Below, one piece after another: positions 29,226 to 43,825 of a stretch of 64,000 bases of DNA. Position 1 is the stretch's first letter; every line of letters starts with the position of its first letter. The notes under the pieces were generated by a model. It did not search any database, was not told the DNA's origin, and saw only the letters and a list, made by a program, of their open reading frames with translations. Position numbers and translations under genes: made by a program. Source of the DNA: an uncultured Spirochaetota bacterium (GTDB taxonomy: Bacteria; Spirochaetota; Spirochaetia; SZUA-6; Fen-1364); assembly GCA_963845535.1 (NCBI GenBank), contig CAWJSK010000013.1, forward strand, positions 192,001 through 256,000. Direction: 5' to 3'.

Positions 29226-30374
29226 ATGATAGCAGTCCTCCAACGCCAGCACGTACAGAAACGCGCGGCCACGCCCGTCCGCCTGAAGACTCACCTCGTT
29301 TTTGCGCCTCGCGGCTGGGAGAACAAGGCCATCCCTGCGCGGTTCGTCCCCGCCCGGACGAAACAATCCCCTCGGTCCGAAAGGGTCCACGCGGCCGTCG
29401 TTCGAGGGCCGCGGCTTTCCGTTCGCGCCCTTCGCAGACCGGCCCGCGTGGCGCTCCTTGCGCTTGCAATCCTGGTCCTGCTCGGGGCCGTGTTGGCCGT
29501 CATTCTGGCCTTCCCGGGCGCCAGGATGGCCGCGGCGCCGTTGGACAGGCCGCTTTTGCCCAGCCCGCCGGAAACGGACCAGGACCTCTACAGGATGCTG
29601 GTCCCCGAGGAGGCGCCGCACGCCGCCGCGGCGGCAAATGCCATCCTCTCCAGCACGCTGAAAGTGACCCAGTACAAGGCGCAGCCTGGGGAGTCGGTCT
29701 CCCAGATCGCGGCGAAGTTCAAGCTGAACCTCGACACGCTCCTGAGCTGGAACGACATCCGTGACGCCCGCGCGGTGCGGCCGGGCGCGACTCTGGGCAT
29801 TCCCAACGCCGACGGCCTGAAGTACACGGTGCGCCGCGGGGATACCCTGGAACAGATTGCGCGCGGCAACGGGCTCTCCCTCAACACCGTGGCGGACTGG
29901 AACCGGCTTCCCAGCTCCGTGATCTCCGTGGGCCAGGAGCTCTTCCTTCCGGGCGTGCACATGCGCACGAACCAGCTGAACAGGATCCTCGGCAACCTCT
30001 TCATCTACCCCGTGCGTGGAAAAATCAGCTCGTACTTCGGCAGCCGTCCTGACCCCTTCACCGGGGTGAGGAGGTTCCACAACGGGGTGGATATCGTGAA
30101 CGCCCCCGGGACAACCATCGGCGCGGCCATGGCGGGAACAGTGGAGGACGTTGGGTTCAACAACAACTACGGATACTACGTCATCCTTCGCCATTCGGGA
30201 TACCAGACCCTCTACGGCCATCTCAGCCGCTACGTCGTGGCGCGAGGTCAAAAAGTCCAGCAAGGAGAGAAAATCGGAGAGCTGGGAACGACCGGCTACA
30301 GCACGGGACCGCACCTTCATTTCTCGATTTTCAGGAACGGGGAGGCAGTTGACCCGTTGGCGTTCTTGAAATAA
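29226..30374 (+). CDS. LysM-containing M23 family peptidoglycan endopeptidase (start uncertain)
   Basis: A TM, two LysM domains, HNGVD and STGPHLHF. Confidence 0.9.
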   Translation: MIAVLQRQHVQKRAATPVRLKTHLVFAPRGWENKAIPARFVPARTKQSPRSERVHAAVVRGPRLSVRALRRPARVALLALAILVLLGAVLAVILAFPGARMAAAPLDRPLLPSPPETDQDLYRMLVPEEAPHAAAAANAILSSTLKVTQYKAQPGESVSQIAAKFKLNLDTLLSWNDIRDARAVRPGATLGIPNADGLKYTVRRGDTLEQIARGNGLSLNTVADWNRLPSSVISVGQELFLPGVHMRTNQLNRILGNLFIYPVRGKISSYFGSRPDPFTGVRRFHNGVDIVNAPGTTIGAAMAGTVEDVGFNNNYGYYVILRHSGYQTLYGHLSRYVVARGQKVQQGEKIGELGTTGYSTGPHLHFSIFRNGEAVDPLAFLK

Positions 30375-30387
30375 CCTTGGCGCGATC

Positions 30388-31428
30388 ATGGACATATTTC
30401 ACGAGTTGCTGCAGAAAGTTTCTTCCAAAAGGCTCTTGAGGTTTCGCAGGCCGTTCCTGAAAGCTTCAGCCCTCCTGATCGTTGCAATCTCCGTGGCCCT
30501 GGCCCTCGGGGAGCGGCTGCCGTTCCCGCCGCCGGGGGAGGCGGTGCTGTACGACCCCACGGACTGGTCCCTTCTCCTGGGAGGCGCCGGCGGGCGGGAA
30601 AGATCTGACCCCGCCATGGCCGCTTCCGTGGCAACCGCGCAGAGGTCCGTGTCCGCCGGGGAGCCAATCGGCGGCCTTTCCATCGCGCAGCCCGTCGTTT
30701 CCTTCCTGCTCTACCGGGTCAAACCCGGTGACACCATCACGGGAATAGCCCAAAAGCTTGGAAGGAATCCCGACACCATCTCGTCCCTGAACCGGTCCGA
30801 AGGCAGGGGAGTCCACAGCCTCTCCGTGGGAGAACAGATTCGGATACCGACGCAAGACGGCATCTTTGTGACGCTGGATTCCGATTTCGACGCGCTGTGC
30901 CGCAGGAAAGGCATTCAGCCTGAGGAAGTCCTGGCAGCCAACGGAGTAACCCGGGACCAGCTCACGGCCGGCCAGCAATTGTTCTTTCCCGGCGTGCAGC
31001 ACACCGGCTACGAATACAGCCTTTCCCTCGGCGTGGCGGTTGCAAACCCGCTGCCGGGCGCGTGGGAGACGTCCCCCTACGGATACCGCTCGGATCCCTT
31101 TACCGGACAGAGGCGAAAGCACAACGGGGTGGACCTCGCCGCTCCGTACGGATCCGCCGTGAGGTCGGCAACGGAGGGAATTGTCCGGGCGGCGGGCTGG
31201 GACGACGTTCTGGGCAACTACGTGGAGGTGGGGGGGATGCTGGGCTACTCATACGTCTACGGCCATATGAGCCGCATCCTGGTCAGGCCGGGGGCCCGCG
31301 TCGTCCGGGGCTCCGTGCTGGGAGCCGTGGGTGCAACCGGCTACGCAACCGGTCCGCACCTGCACTTCGAGGTGAGGAAGTTCGGAGTCCCCCTGAATCC
31401 CGCGCTCTTCATGTCCGGGGTTCGATAG
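30388..31428 (+). CDS. LysM-containing M23 family peptidoglycan endopeptidase
   Basis: LysM (YRVKPGDTITGIA), HNGVD and ATGPHLHF. Confidence 0.9.
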   Translation: MDIFHELLQKVSSKRLLRFRRPFLKASALLIVAISVALALGERLPFPPPGEAVLYDPTDWSLLLGGAGGRERSDPAMAASVATAQRSVSAGEPIGGLSIAQPVVSFLLYRVKPGDTITGIAQKLGRNPDTISSLNRSEGRGVHSLSVGEQIRIPTQDGIFVTLDSDFDALCRRKGIQPEEVLAANGVTRDQLTAGQQLFFPGVQHTGYEYSLSLGVAVANPLPGAWETSPYGYRSDPFTGQRRKHNGVDLAAPYGSAVRSATEGIVRAAGWDDVLGNYVEVGGMLGYSYVYGHMSRILVRPGARVVRGSVLGAVGATGYATGPHLHFEVRKFGVPLNPALFMSGVR

Positions 31429-31471
31429 TTTCAGGAATCCTTTTACCGATAATGACCGAGGGGTGCCCTCA

Positions 31472-32572
31472 ATGAGAAAGCTCGTCCTTGTCGTCATTGC
31501 CCTTCTTGCGCTCTTTGCACTTTTCCGCGCGTATTCGCAGGACAACGGGGAATCCCAGGGAGTCGCGGGCATCCGGTTGCAGCCGGGCCTTGTCGAAGTA
31601 GGGGACGGCACGGCGAGCCTCGGCCTCTCGTTCGGTCTCATGGAGGGTTCCGGCGGCGAAAGAAAACTGGTGAGCGTCCTGCCGCTGCGAATCGTCTACC
31701 GTGACGGGGAGAAGAGCGTCGCCATTGGCTTGAACGGGCTTGCATTTTTCCTGGGCGGCGGGGCGAGCATGGGGACCCCTGTCGTCGTCAGCTCTCCTCG
31801 TCGGGGGGACCTCTTCAGCGTGGGAGGCCGCGTAACGGTGGATTCCCGCGTGGACGGGGACGTCTGGGTCATGGGCGCTGACGCTGAGCTGTCTCCGCGC
31901 GCCGTCATCACCGGTGACGTTGTTGTGATAGGCGGAAAGCTGCTTGCCAGCCCCGGAGCGACAGTGGGCGGGACGGTCAGTCAGCTCCCCAGCCTGAAAA
32001 TCCCCTTTGTCGGAGTGCTGGGCACCCAATTCGCCTCACCAGCAATCAGCCTGGGCGCCATTGCCGTGGAGTACGCGCTTTTCGGCTTTGCCCTTTTCCT
32101 GAGCGCTTTCTACCTGTCCGCGCATGCGCGCCAGATGCAGCAGAGCCTTCCAACGCTCTGGAGGCCTGCGCTGATCACGGTGGCCATTTCCCTCGTCGTG
32201 ATTCCTCTCCTCGCGGTGCTCTTCATCGCGTCCGTGGTGGGGGTCCTGCTCCTGCCGGCGCTCGTACTGGCCGTGCTCCTGCTGGCACTCGACGGGTTTC
32301 TTGCGGTCTGCGTCCGGGTGGGAATCCAGATTCGCGCATCCGGCGCCCGGGGGGCGGATCCGTCCTTTTACCTGTTTACGTCGGGATTGCTTGCGCTTTT
32401 CCTGCTGAATGTCCCCGCCCTAGTGGGAATCCTCCTGGGCTCCCTGCGTTTCGCCGCCGCGGCGCGGATTGGGACGCTGCTGCAGGCGTTGAGCCTGTGG
32501 CTCACGGCCGCGGGGTTTGCGTACGGGTTTGGGGCATCGCTCTCACACGCCCGTTCACGAGTGGCCAGATAG
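31472..32572 (+). CDS. Membrane protein with bactofilin-like (polymer-forming cytoskeletal) beta-helix repeats
   Basis: Signal peptide, repeats GDLFSVGG / GDVWVMGA / GDVVVIGG, then several TM helices. Confidence 0.7.
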   Translation: MRKLVLVVIALLALFALFRAYSQDNGESQGVAGIRLQPGLVEVGDGTASLGLSFGLMEGSGGERKLVSVLPLRIVYRDGEKSVAIGLNGLAFFLGGGASMGTPVVVSSPRRGDLFSVGGRVTVDSRVDGDVWVMGADAELSPRAVITGDVVVIGGKLLASPGATVGGTVSQLPSLKIPFVGVLGTQFASPAISLGAIAVEYALFGFALFLSAFYLSAHARQMQQSLPTLWRPALITVAISLVVIPLLAVLFIASVVGVLLLPALVLAVLLLALDGFLAVCVRVGIQIRASGARGADPSFYLFTSGLLALFLLNVPALVGILLGSLRFAAAARIGTLLQALSLWLTAAGFAYGFGASLSHARSRVAR

Positions 32573-32599
32573 ATCAGTCACCATCCGGCGGCGCGCAAG

Positions 32600-32672
32600 G
32601 GCCCGCGCGCGTCCGTCCGTCTGCAAACGGCCCGCGCGAGCCCGTCCAAGCGTTCCGCGCGCGTCCGTCCGT
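32600..32672. repeat. Intergenic direct repeats (two exact 18-mers plus one degenerate copy)
   Basis: CCGCGCGCGTCCGTCCGT at 32603-32620 and 32655-32672, and GGCCCGCGCGAGCCCGTCC at 32629-32647. Confidence 0.8.
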
Positions 32673-32677
32673 GCCTT

Positions 32678-35464
<2,787 letters not shown>

Positions 35465-35470
35465 GGGCGC

Positions 35471-35517
35471 AATGTACCCCCCATGAGATTGACAGGTCAA
35501 GGGAAGGCAGCTACGAT
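35471..35517. promoter_or_regulatory. Overlapping divergent sigma70 promoters for secA and the lipoprotein gene
   Basis: Plus strand: TTGACA (35489-94)-N17-TACGAT (35512-17). Minus strand: TTGACC (35500-35495)-N18-TACATT (35476-71). Confidence 0.7.
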
Positions 35518-35527
35518 GAGACCCCTG

Positions 35528-36802
35528 ATGCCGCGCCGCCCCTTCATCGTTTCCGCCGCCGCCGCCGTCGTTGTGCTTTCCGCCCTGTCGCTCATCGGAT
35601 GTCAGAAAAGGGAGATCGAGGAGCTGGTGGGATCGGAGCTCTTCTCTCTTTCCCTGGGAAAGCTCGACAATCAGATCGACATGTTCGCCGCCGCGAGCGG
35701 GAACGTGGAGAAAAAAACCAGCTTTGCAATGCGGGACGGCTGGTTCTACGTGGCCAACGGCGCCTCCGGCAAAGTGATGGTCTTTTCCTCTTACGGAGAC
35801 CTCATCTCCCTCCTGTACAATGCGCAGACCAATCCCGCGCCCGCCTTCATGAACCAGCTGCCTGCGCCTCGGCAGGGCACGCTGCCGGGGCTGGGCCCCG
35901 CGGACGGCTCTTCGGATGACCAGGCAAGCACTCGCGCCGCGGTGAGCTATCCTTTCCTCGACATCGGGGAGATCGCCGTGGCAAGCGACAAGACGCTCTA
36001 CGTGGAGGACGGCGTCCCGGAAGCAAAGGTGGTGAAGGACAGCGCGCATGGCGTCCTGCTGACCAGGGTCGTGCTCCGTTTCGACCGCAAGGGAAAACCG
36101 GAAGGATATCTCGGGCAGGAAGGACTTGGGGGCACGCCTTTTCCCTACATCATGGCGCTGCACGTCACGGCAAAGGACCAGCTCGTCGTCGTGACCCGTC
36201 TTCCGCAGTCCTGGGAGGTCTTCTGGTATTCGCGTGAGGGAACGCTGCTGTACCAGGTGGAAATAGACGCAGCGCACCTTCCCGTTGCGGCGCAGAAAGG
36301 CGTGACTCCCTCCCTCGTCAACATCATCCCCGACATGCAGGGGCCGTTCCTCTATCTCATGGTCTACCTGTACCACGAGCCCGCGGATGACGCGTCCCGC
36401 GGCTCCTTCCCGGACAGCTCTGTCGTCTCCCGGGTTTACCGGCTGAACCTCAGGAACCAGCAATATGATTCTTTCATCGAGCTCCCGCAGAACCCGCCCC
36501 GCAAGGAGACCTCGGGCCTCAAGACAACGGAGATCCCGTCCCCTCCGAGTGACCTGCTCGGGGTGAGCGCAAACGGCTACTATTACCTGCTGGGCTTCAC
36601 TGATTCCAACCTGTATTCGCTGCAGATCCTCGACCAGGCCGGAAGGGTCAGGGCCCGGCGCTACATGGTGATAGAGGATTCGGAGCTCACGTTCCGTGAC
36701 CTTCGGCTTTCGCCGACAGGGCTCGTGTACGGCCTCCTCGTCGACCAGACCAAGGCCCACGTGATCTGGTGGAGGTCGGACCTCCTCCTGAAAGGGGATT
36801 GA
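35528..36802 (+). CDS. Spirochaete lipoprotein, beta-propeller-like (resembles the LIC_12708 family)
   Basis: Lipobox-like LIGC and motifs FSSYGDL and [13 protein letters not shown]. Divergent from secA. Confidence 0.72.
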   Translation: MPRRPFIVSAAAAVVVLSALSLIGCQKREIEELVGSELFSLSLGKLDNQIDMFAAASGNVEKKTSFAMRDGWFYVANGASGKVMVFSSYGDLISLLYNAQTNPAPAFMNQLPAPRQGTLPGLGPADGSSDDQASTRAAVSYPFLDIGEIAVASDKTLYVEDGVPEAKVVKDSAHGVLLTRVVLRFDRKGKPEGYLGQEGLGGTPFPYIMALHVTAKDQLVVVTRLPQSWEVFWYSREGTLLYQVEIDAAHLPVAAQKGVTPSLVNIIPDMQGPFLYLMVYLYHEPADDASRGSFPDSSVVSRVYRLNLRNQQYDSFIELPQNPPRKETSGLKTTEIPSPPSDLLGVSANGYYYLLGFTDSNLYSLQILDQAGRVRARRYMVIEDSELTFRDLRLSPTGLVYGLLVDQTKAHVIWWRSDLLLKGD

Positions 36803-36804
36803 GA

Positions 36805-38316
36805 ATGAAAGTCGTGAGCTCGGAGGCCATGGCGACCATCGATGGACGGGCCCAGGACGAGTTCGCGATTCCCTCCGCGCTCCTGATGGAAGACGCGGGC
36901 GTGTGCGCCTGGTCGTTGTTCGTGGACCGCGCGGGCGCGGGCAGACTCCCGCGCGGGCGCCTCGTGTTCGTGGCCGGCAAAGGCAACAACGGCGGTGATG
37001 CCCTGGTCATGGCCCGTCGCGCGCTCTGCCAGGGCGCCCGCGGCCTGACGGTCGTGCTCGCGGACGGGAGGCCTCAAGCGGGGGGCGTCCCGTCCCAGAT
37101 GCTGGCGGCGGCAGAGGCGTACGGAATCGAGTGTCGTACGTGGCAGTCAGAGCGGGAGCAGGTGCTGGCCCGCCTGCGGGAGTCCTCCTGGATCTTTGAC
37201 GGCGTTTCCGGCACGGGGCTTCGCGGCGCTCTTCGGGCTCCGCTCTCCGACCTGGTGGACGCCATCAACAGCTCACCGGCGCGCAAAGCCGCGCTCGATG
37301 TCCCCAGCGGCGTCTCGGATTCCTATGACCCCGCCTGGCCGGCCGTGCGCGCTGACCTCACCCTGACCATGGGCCTCCCGAAGACGTGCCTCTATCTGCC
37401 TCACGTCCGCGCCTTGTGCGGGAAGATCATGGTGGTCCCCGTCGGGTTTCCGCCCGGACTTCTGGAAGACGCCGCCATCCCGGGGGAGATGCTTCCGTTC
37501 AACGCGTGGCGCGCGCTGCGCAAGCCCATTGCCCCTGATGCGCACAAGGGTCAACGCGGGCACCTTGCCGTGTTCGCCGGCTCGCCGGGAACAACGGGGG
37601 CCGCGTGGCTTTCGGCCACCGCGGCGGCCCGAAGCAGGCTCGGCCTGGTGAGCTTGTTCGCCGGCCGCGACGTTTATCCCATTCTTGCCCAGAAGGCCAC
37701 CTCCGTGATGGTCAGGCCGTGGGATGAACCGCGGGCGCCGGAGTGGCGCGGTCCGGACGTCGAAGGTTATTCCGGCGTGCTCCTCGGGCCCGGATGGGGT
37801 CTTGCGGAGGAGCGTGAGAAATGGCTGGAGCATGTCCTTTCACGTCCGGTCTCCGGCGTGATAGACGCGGACGGGATCACGCTCCTTTCGCGGATCACGG
37901 CGCGTTCGCCTCTTCGCCTTGGAGGGCGGTGGATCATCACGCCGCATCCGGGCGAGTTTGCGAGGGTGAGCGGGGTTTCCCGCGATGAAACGCTTCGGGA
38001 CCCCGTCCGGCACGCGTGCGGGCTTTCTTCACGGCTGGAGGTGTTCGTGGTCTTGAAAGGCCCGTGCACCGTCATTGCGGCGCCGTCGGGCAAATACTGG
38101 ATCATCGACGGCCCCAACCCTGCCCTTGCCACGGGCGGGACGGGGGACGTGCTGGCGGGGCTCATTGCCGCCGGCGCGGCGGGCGGCATGAGCCCTCTGG
38201 AAGCCGCGCTTTTCGGCGTGTCGCTGCATGCCACACTGGGCCGCGAAGCCTGGCGGAGGAAAGGCTGGTTTCTGGCGGAGGACCTCGTGCCGCTCATCTC
38301 CGGGTTGCTGCGCTGA
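36805..38316 (+). CDS. nnr: Bifunctional NAD(P)H-hydrate epimerase/dehydratase Nnr
   Basis: [25 protein letters not shown] and [12 protein letters not shown] motifs. Confidence 0.93.
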   Translation: MKVVSSEAMATIDGRAQDEFAIPSALLMEDAGVCAWSLFVDRAGAGRLPRGRLVFVAGKGNNGGDALVMARRALCQGARGLTVVLADGRPQAGGVPSQMLAAAEAYGIECRTWQSEREQVLARLRESSWIFDGVSGTGLRGALRAPLSDLVDAINSSPARKAALDVPSGVSDSYDPAWPAVRADLTLTMGLPKTCLYLPHVRALCGKIMVVPVGFPPGLLEDAAIPGEMLPFNAWRALRKPIAPDAHKGQRGHLAVFAGSPGTTGAAWLSATAAARSRLGLVSLFAGRDVYPILAQKATSVMVRPWDEPRAPEWRGPDVEGYSGVLLGPGWGLAEEREKWLEHVLSRPVSGVIDADGITLLSRITARSPLRLGGRWIITPHPGEFARVSGVSRDETLRDPVRHACGLSSRLEVFVVLKGPCTVIAAPSGKYWIIDGPNPALATGGTGDVLAGLIAAGAAGGMSPLEAALFGVSLHATLGREAWRRKGWFLAEDLVPLISGLLR

Positions 38317-38323
38317 GGCCTTC

Positions 38324-38881
38324 ATGAAGCACCCCGTTCTGAGGGTGAAAAAGGGAAAAGAAACCTACGACGACCGTCCCCCGCGCGGCCCCGTTGCGCC
38401 CAGACGGGCTGGGCAGGAGAGGGATGACACGGAGCGTTCCGCGGAACGGCCGGGCCGACGCGGTTTTCTTTTCCGGATGCGCCGCGGTTCCCTGGTGCCC
38501 CTTCTCATCCTCGTCGTGATTGCCGCCGTTCTCCTCCGCGTCATCCCGCGGTCCGCGGCGCGGGCCAATTTCGAGGGATGGCACGCGGACCTCCAGGCCA
38601 GGGTGTTCGCGGATGCGCTGGAGGTCGGAGTGGCGTTCACCCGGCTGGGCGGCGCTCGGGGTAATGCGAACGACATCCCTGTGACGGTCTTCGTTCGCTT
38701 CGTTCTGCCGGATACGGGCGAGCAGGCGGAGGCGTTTGGAGATCTCTCGGGTCCGCGCATGGCGTTGCGGGCTCGGATGCGGTATGTCACTTCGGAAAAA
38801 ACGCTCAGGGCAATCGTGAACATCAATGGAGAGTCTCGAACCCTTTCTCTTCCCTTGAACGGCGCCGTCACGGGCCCATGA
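38324..38881 (+). CDS. Hypothetical single-TM protein
   Basis: ATG 7 nt after the nnr stop, with a basic N-terminus, one TM and a beta-rich C-terminus. Confidence 0.6.
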   Translation: MKHPVLRVKKGKETYDDRPPRGPVAPRRAGQERDDTERSAERPGRRGFLFRMRRGSLVPLLILVVIAAVLLRVIPRSAARANFEGWHADLQARVFADALEVGVAFTRLGGARGNANDIPVTVFVRFVLPDTGEQAEAFGDLSGPRMALRARMRYVTSEKTLRAIVNINGESRTLSLPLNGAVTGP

Positions 38882-38991
38882 CGAGTTGGCCCGGCAAACT
38901 GTCCGACAAACGAAGGAGTCCGCCCCCCCAACAGTCCACCGCTCAGTTCCGCCAAACAACCGGCGGCGCGTTGACACCCGCGGCGCGGTCC

Positions 38992-39021
38992 TTGACGGAT
39001 GGTTGCGACGCTCCCTATGAT
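38992..39021 (+). promoter_or_regulatory. Putative sigma70 promoter
   Basis: TTGACG-N18-TATGAT upstream of the gene starting at 39048. Confidence 0.55.
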
Positions 39022-39047
39022 TGTGCACAGCGTCAGGGGAGGGGAAA

Positions 39048-39455
39048 ATGCTGCAATTCTATTTTCTTTCGATTGTGTGCAATCTGCTGGCGGGCGTGTC
39101 GCTGGCGGGAGAATGGATTGCGCAAAAGGTCCCGAAGTTCCTCCCCGTCGCGAGCGCCCTGTCCGCGCGCACGGCAAAGCTCATTTCGGGGATTTCATCC
39201 TTGCTGGTCGGGTTCGGCACGCTCTTTGTCCCGGTGGAGGGACCGATCATCCTGGGGGACCTGTTCCCGTCAGTGATGGGCATGGCAATGGGGATTGCTC
39301 TCTTGTTCGAGGTGTTCCGTCAGGACGCCGTGCTGCCCGTGGAGCGTTCGGAGAAATCCGAACGGCCCGCCGTGGGGTACAGGACGACTCTGGGTATGCT
39401 GGGCATTGCCGCCGCCATCCTGCACTTCTTCCTGCCCGAGAGGCCGTTTCTCTAA
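39048..39455 (+). CDS. Hypothetical 4-TM membrane protein
   Basis: GGAGGGG SD, MLQFYFLSI..., PIILGDLFP and ILHFFLP. Confidence 0.75.
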   Translation: MLQFYFLSIVCNLLAGVSLAGEWIAQKVPKFLPVASALSARTAKLISGISSLLVGFGTLFVPVEGPIILGDLFPSVMGMAMGIALLFEVFRQDAVLPVERSEKSERPAVGYRTTLGMLGIAAAILHFFLPERPFL

Positions 39456-39494
39456 AGCCATGGATGGCGAAACGCGGCGAAGCCATGGATGGCG
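39455..39494. repeat. Two copies of AAGCCATGGATGGCG (core GCCAT-GG-ATGGC hairpin)
   Basis: Copies at 39455-39469 and 39480-39494, between convergent genes. Confidence 0.8.
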
Positions 39495-39542
39495 GAAGCC
39501 GCGTGGCGCGGCCTCCGCGCGGAGTACCGCGATAGGGCCGCG

Positions 39543-41609
39543 CTAGTCCTTCTTCTCTTCCGCCTTTGCCGCCTGCGCAGCTTTGATCACGTCGTCAGCG
39601 ATCTTTCCCGATATGGGGCTGTAGTGATCGAACTCCAGCTCGAATGATCCCGTTCCCGCCGTGAGCGCCTTCAGGTCGATGGCGTAATGCATCAGCTCGG
39701 CCTGCGGCACCTGCGCCTTGATCTCCTCGATGCCGCCGCCGACGGGAACCTGGCCGAGCACTTTGCCCCTCTTCGAGCTCAGGTCCGAAAGCACCGCTCC
39801 GAGATACTGGTCATCCACATAGACGGTGAGGTTGCACACGGGCTCCAGGAGCACCGGTTTGGCGTTTCGCATGCATTCACGGAATGCTTCCCGGGCGGCA
39901 AGCTTGAAGGCAAGCTCCGATGAGTCCACGGGGTGCTCCTTGCCGTCCACCACGCGCGCTTCGACATCGACAACGGGATAACCGGCAAGGACCCCGGCTT
40001 CCATGGCTTCGATGACGCCCTTTTCGACTCCCGGAATGTAGCCTCGGGAAATGGAGCCGCCGAATATCGCGTTCGTGAACTTGTATCTCTCTCCGCGCGG
40101 GATGGGATTGACCTCCAGGGAGACCTTTGCGTATTGCCCGTGGCCGCCCGTCTGCTTCTTGTGCGTGTGCTCGGCCTCCGCCTTCCCCTGGATGGTCTCC
40201 CGGTAAGCGACCCGCGGGACCTTGGTCTCCATGTCTATCTTCTGGTTTTCCCTGATCTTATCAAGGATGATGGAAATGTGAAGCTCTCCCATTCCCGAGA
40301 TGACGGTCTCTTTGGTCTCTTTGTCATACGTGACGCGGAACGTATGGTCTTCTTCCATGATCTTCTGCATGGCCTGGTTCATCTTGTCCTCGTCCTTCTT
40401 TGCCTTTGCGGAGATGGCAAGGGAGTGGACGGGAGTGGGCAGCTCCAATGGCGGATAAACGATGGGAGCATCAGAGGCGTGCAGCGTGTCATTGGTCCGA
40501 AGCGAAGCGCTCTTGGTGAAAAGGCCGATATCACCGGCGGACAGGTCCGTGGCATCTTCGATTTTCTTGCCCTGACACGTGTCGACCTTCGTGATCTTCT
40601 CTTTTTTCCCTTCCCGGGCGCTCATGAGGTCCGAATCCGCGGAGATTTTTCCCGACATGACCTTGAAATAGGATATCTTGCCGGTGAACTGGTCCATGGC
40701 AGTCTTATAGATGAAGCAGGATGCCGGCTCGGAATCTGACACGGCGCGGGACGCCTCAGCGCCGTCAGGAGACTTGCCTTTTGACGTTCCCTCCGGAGAC
40801 GGCGCTGCATACGCAATGAAGTCCAGCAGGCTCGTGACTCCCGCCGCAACAAGTGCCGCGGTGCAAACCACCGGGACGACCTTCCCGGCTTTCATCCCGC
40901 CGGCAAGACCGCGGCGGATTTCATCAGGGGTGAGCGTGCCGTCCGTAAAGAACTTCTCAATGAGCTTGTCATCCCCTTCAGCGGCGCTCTCCACGAGCTT
41001 CTCCCGGGCGGTTTCCACCTCTTTCTTCATTGCGTCCGGGACCGCGGCTTCCTTGCCGGCCACGTAGGCTTTCTGGTCAACCAGGTCGATGACGCCTTTG
41101 AAATCCGCTCCGGCGCCTATGGGAATGATCACGGGGACGAAGTTCACTTTGAATTTATCCGAAAGATCGGTCAGGCAACGGGAAAAATCGGCGCGCTCCT
41201 TCTCCATCTTGTTCACCACGACGAAACGCGGCATGGACAGGGCGGTGAGCCGCCTCCACAGCTTGATGGTCTCGATCTGAACGGCCACGTCCGCTCCGAC
41301 CAGGAGGGCCGCGCTTTCCGCCACGCGCAGAGCTGCGCAGACCTCACCGACGAAGTCCGCGGATCCCGGCGTGTCGAGGATGTTGATCTTGCAGTCTTTC
41401 CACGTGATGTGGGTCATGGAGAGGTGGATGGAGATCTTTCGGGCAATCTCCTCCTCGTTGAAATCGCTCACCGTCTTTCCGGTCTCGACTCTCTCCGCCT
41501 TGGGGATCACGCCACCGGCGACAAGAAGCTCTTCCACCAGGGTGGTTTTGCCTGTGCTGCCGTGGCCGGTGAAGGCGACATTTCGCAGTGAGCGCGTGGG
41601 AACACTCAT
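39543..41609 (-). CDS. Elongation factor G-like protein (EF-G II subfamily)
   Basis: GHGSTGKT, RKISI, DTPGSADF, NKME, GMGELH, KKQTGGHGQY and HPVDSS motifs. Confidence 0.9.
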   Translation of the reverse strand: MSVPTRSLRNVAFTGHGSTGKTTLVEELLVAGGVIPKAERVETGKTVSDFNEEEIARKISIHLSMTHITWKDCKINILDTPGSADFVGEVCAALRVAESAALLVGADVAVQIETIKLWRRLTALSMPRFVVVNKMEKERADFSRCLTDLSDKFKVNFVPVIIPIGAGADFKGVIDLVDQKAYVAGKEAAVPDAMKKEVETAREKLVESAAEGDDKLIEKFFTDGTLTPDEIRRGLAGGMKAGKVVPVVCTAALVAAGVTSLLDFIAYAAPSPEGTSKGKSPDGAEASRAVSDSEPASCFIYKTAMDQFTGKISYFKVMSGKISADSDLMSAREGKKEKITKVDTCQGKKIEDATDLSAGDIGLFTKSASLRTNDTLHASDAPIVYPPLELPTPVHSLAISAKAKKDEDKMNQAMQKIMEEDHTFRVTYDKETKETVISGMGELHISIILDKIRENQKIDMETKVPRVAYRETIQGKAEAEHTHKKQTGGHGQYAKVSLEVNPIPRGERYKFTNAIFGGSISRGYIPGVEKGVIEAMEAGVLAGYPVVDVEARVVDGKEHPVDSSELAFKLAAREAFRECMRNAKPVLLEPVCNLTVYVDDQYLGAVLSDLSSKRGKVLGQVPVGGGIEEIKAQVPQAELMHYAIDLKALTAGTGSFELEFDHYSPISGKIADDVIKAAQAAKAEEKKD

Positions 41610-41640
41610 TCTGTGACTCCTTGCTGTGAGAGGGTTGGTA

Positions 41641-41669
41641 ACTGTAATCCGTCACCGGGCTTTTGTCAA
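41641..41669 (-). promoter_or_regulatory. Sigma70 promoter of the EF-G II gene
   Basis: TTGACA-N17-TACAGT, then an AAGGAG SD before ATG 41609. Confidence 0.7.
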
Positions 41670-41702
41670 ATCGCAAAAACGCCGCAAAAACGCCGGGTCA
41701 GG

Positions 41703-43748
<2,046 letters not shown>

Positions 43749-43825
43749 TGAGGTCTCCGGGAGATTTCCGTGCGAAAAACTTGCATCACTATATGAAATC
43801 CGCCGTCATGTGAAAAGGCCGCCGT

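Noticed and set aside
27261..30395. 1044-aa ORF suggesting an extended PBP
   Set aside because: The upstream part is antisense to the M23 gene. An SD, a promoter and the TM anchor support GTG 29156.
38881..38970. Weak CCG(A/C/G)CAAAC-like repeats in the intergenic region
   Set aside because: They are too short and degenerate to distinguish from chance by eye.
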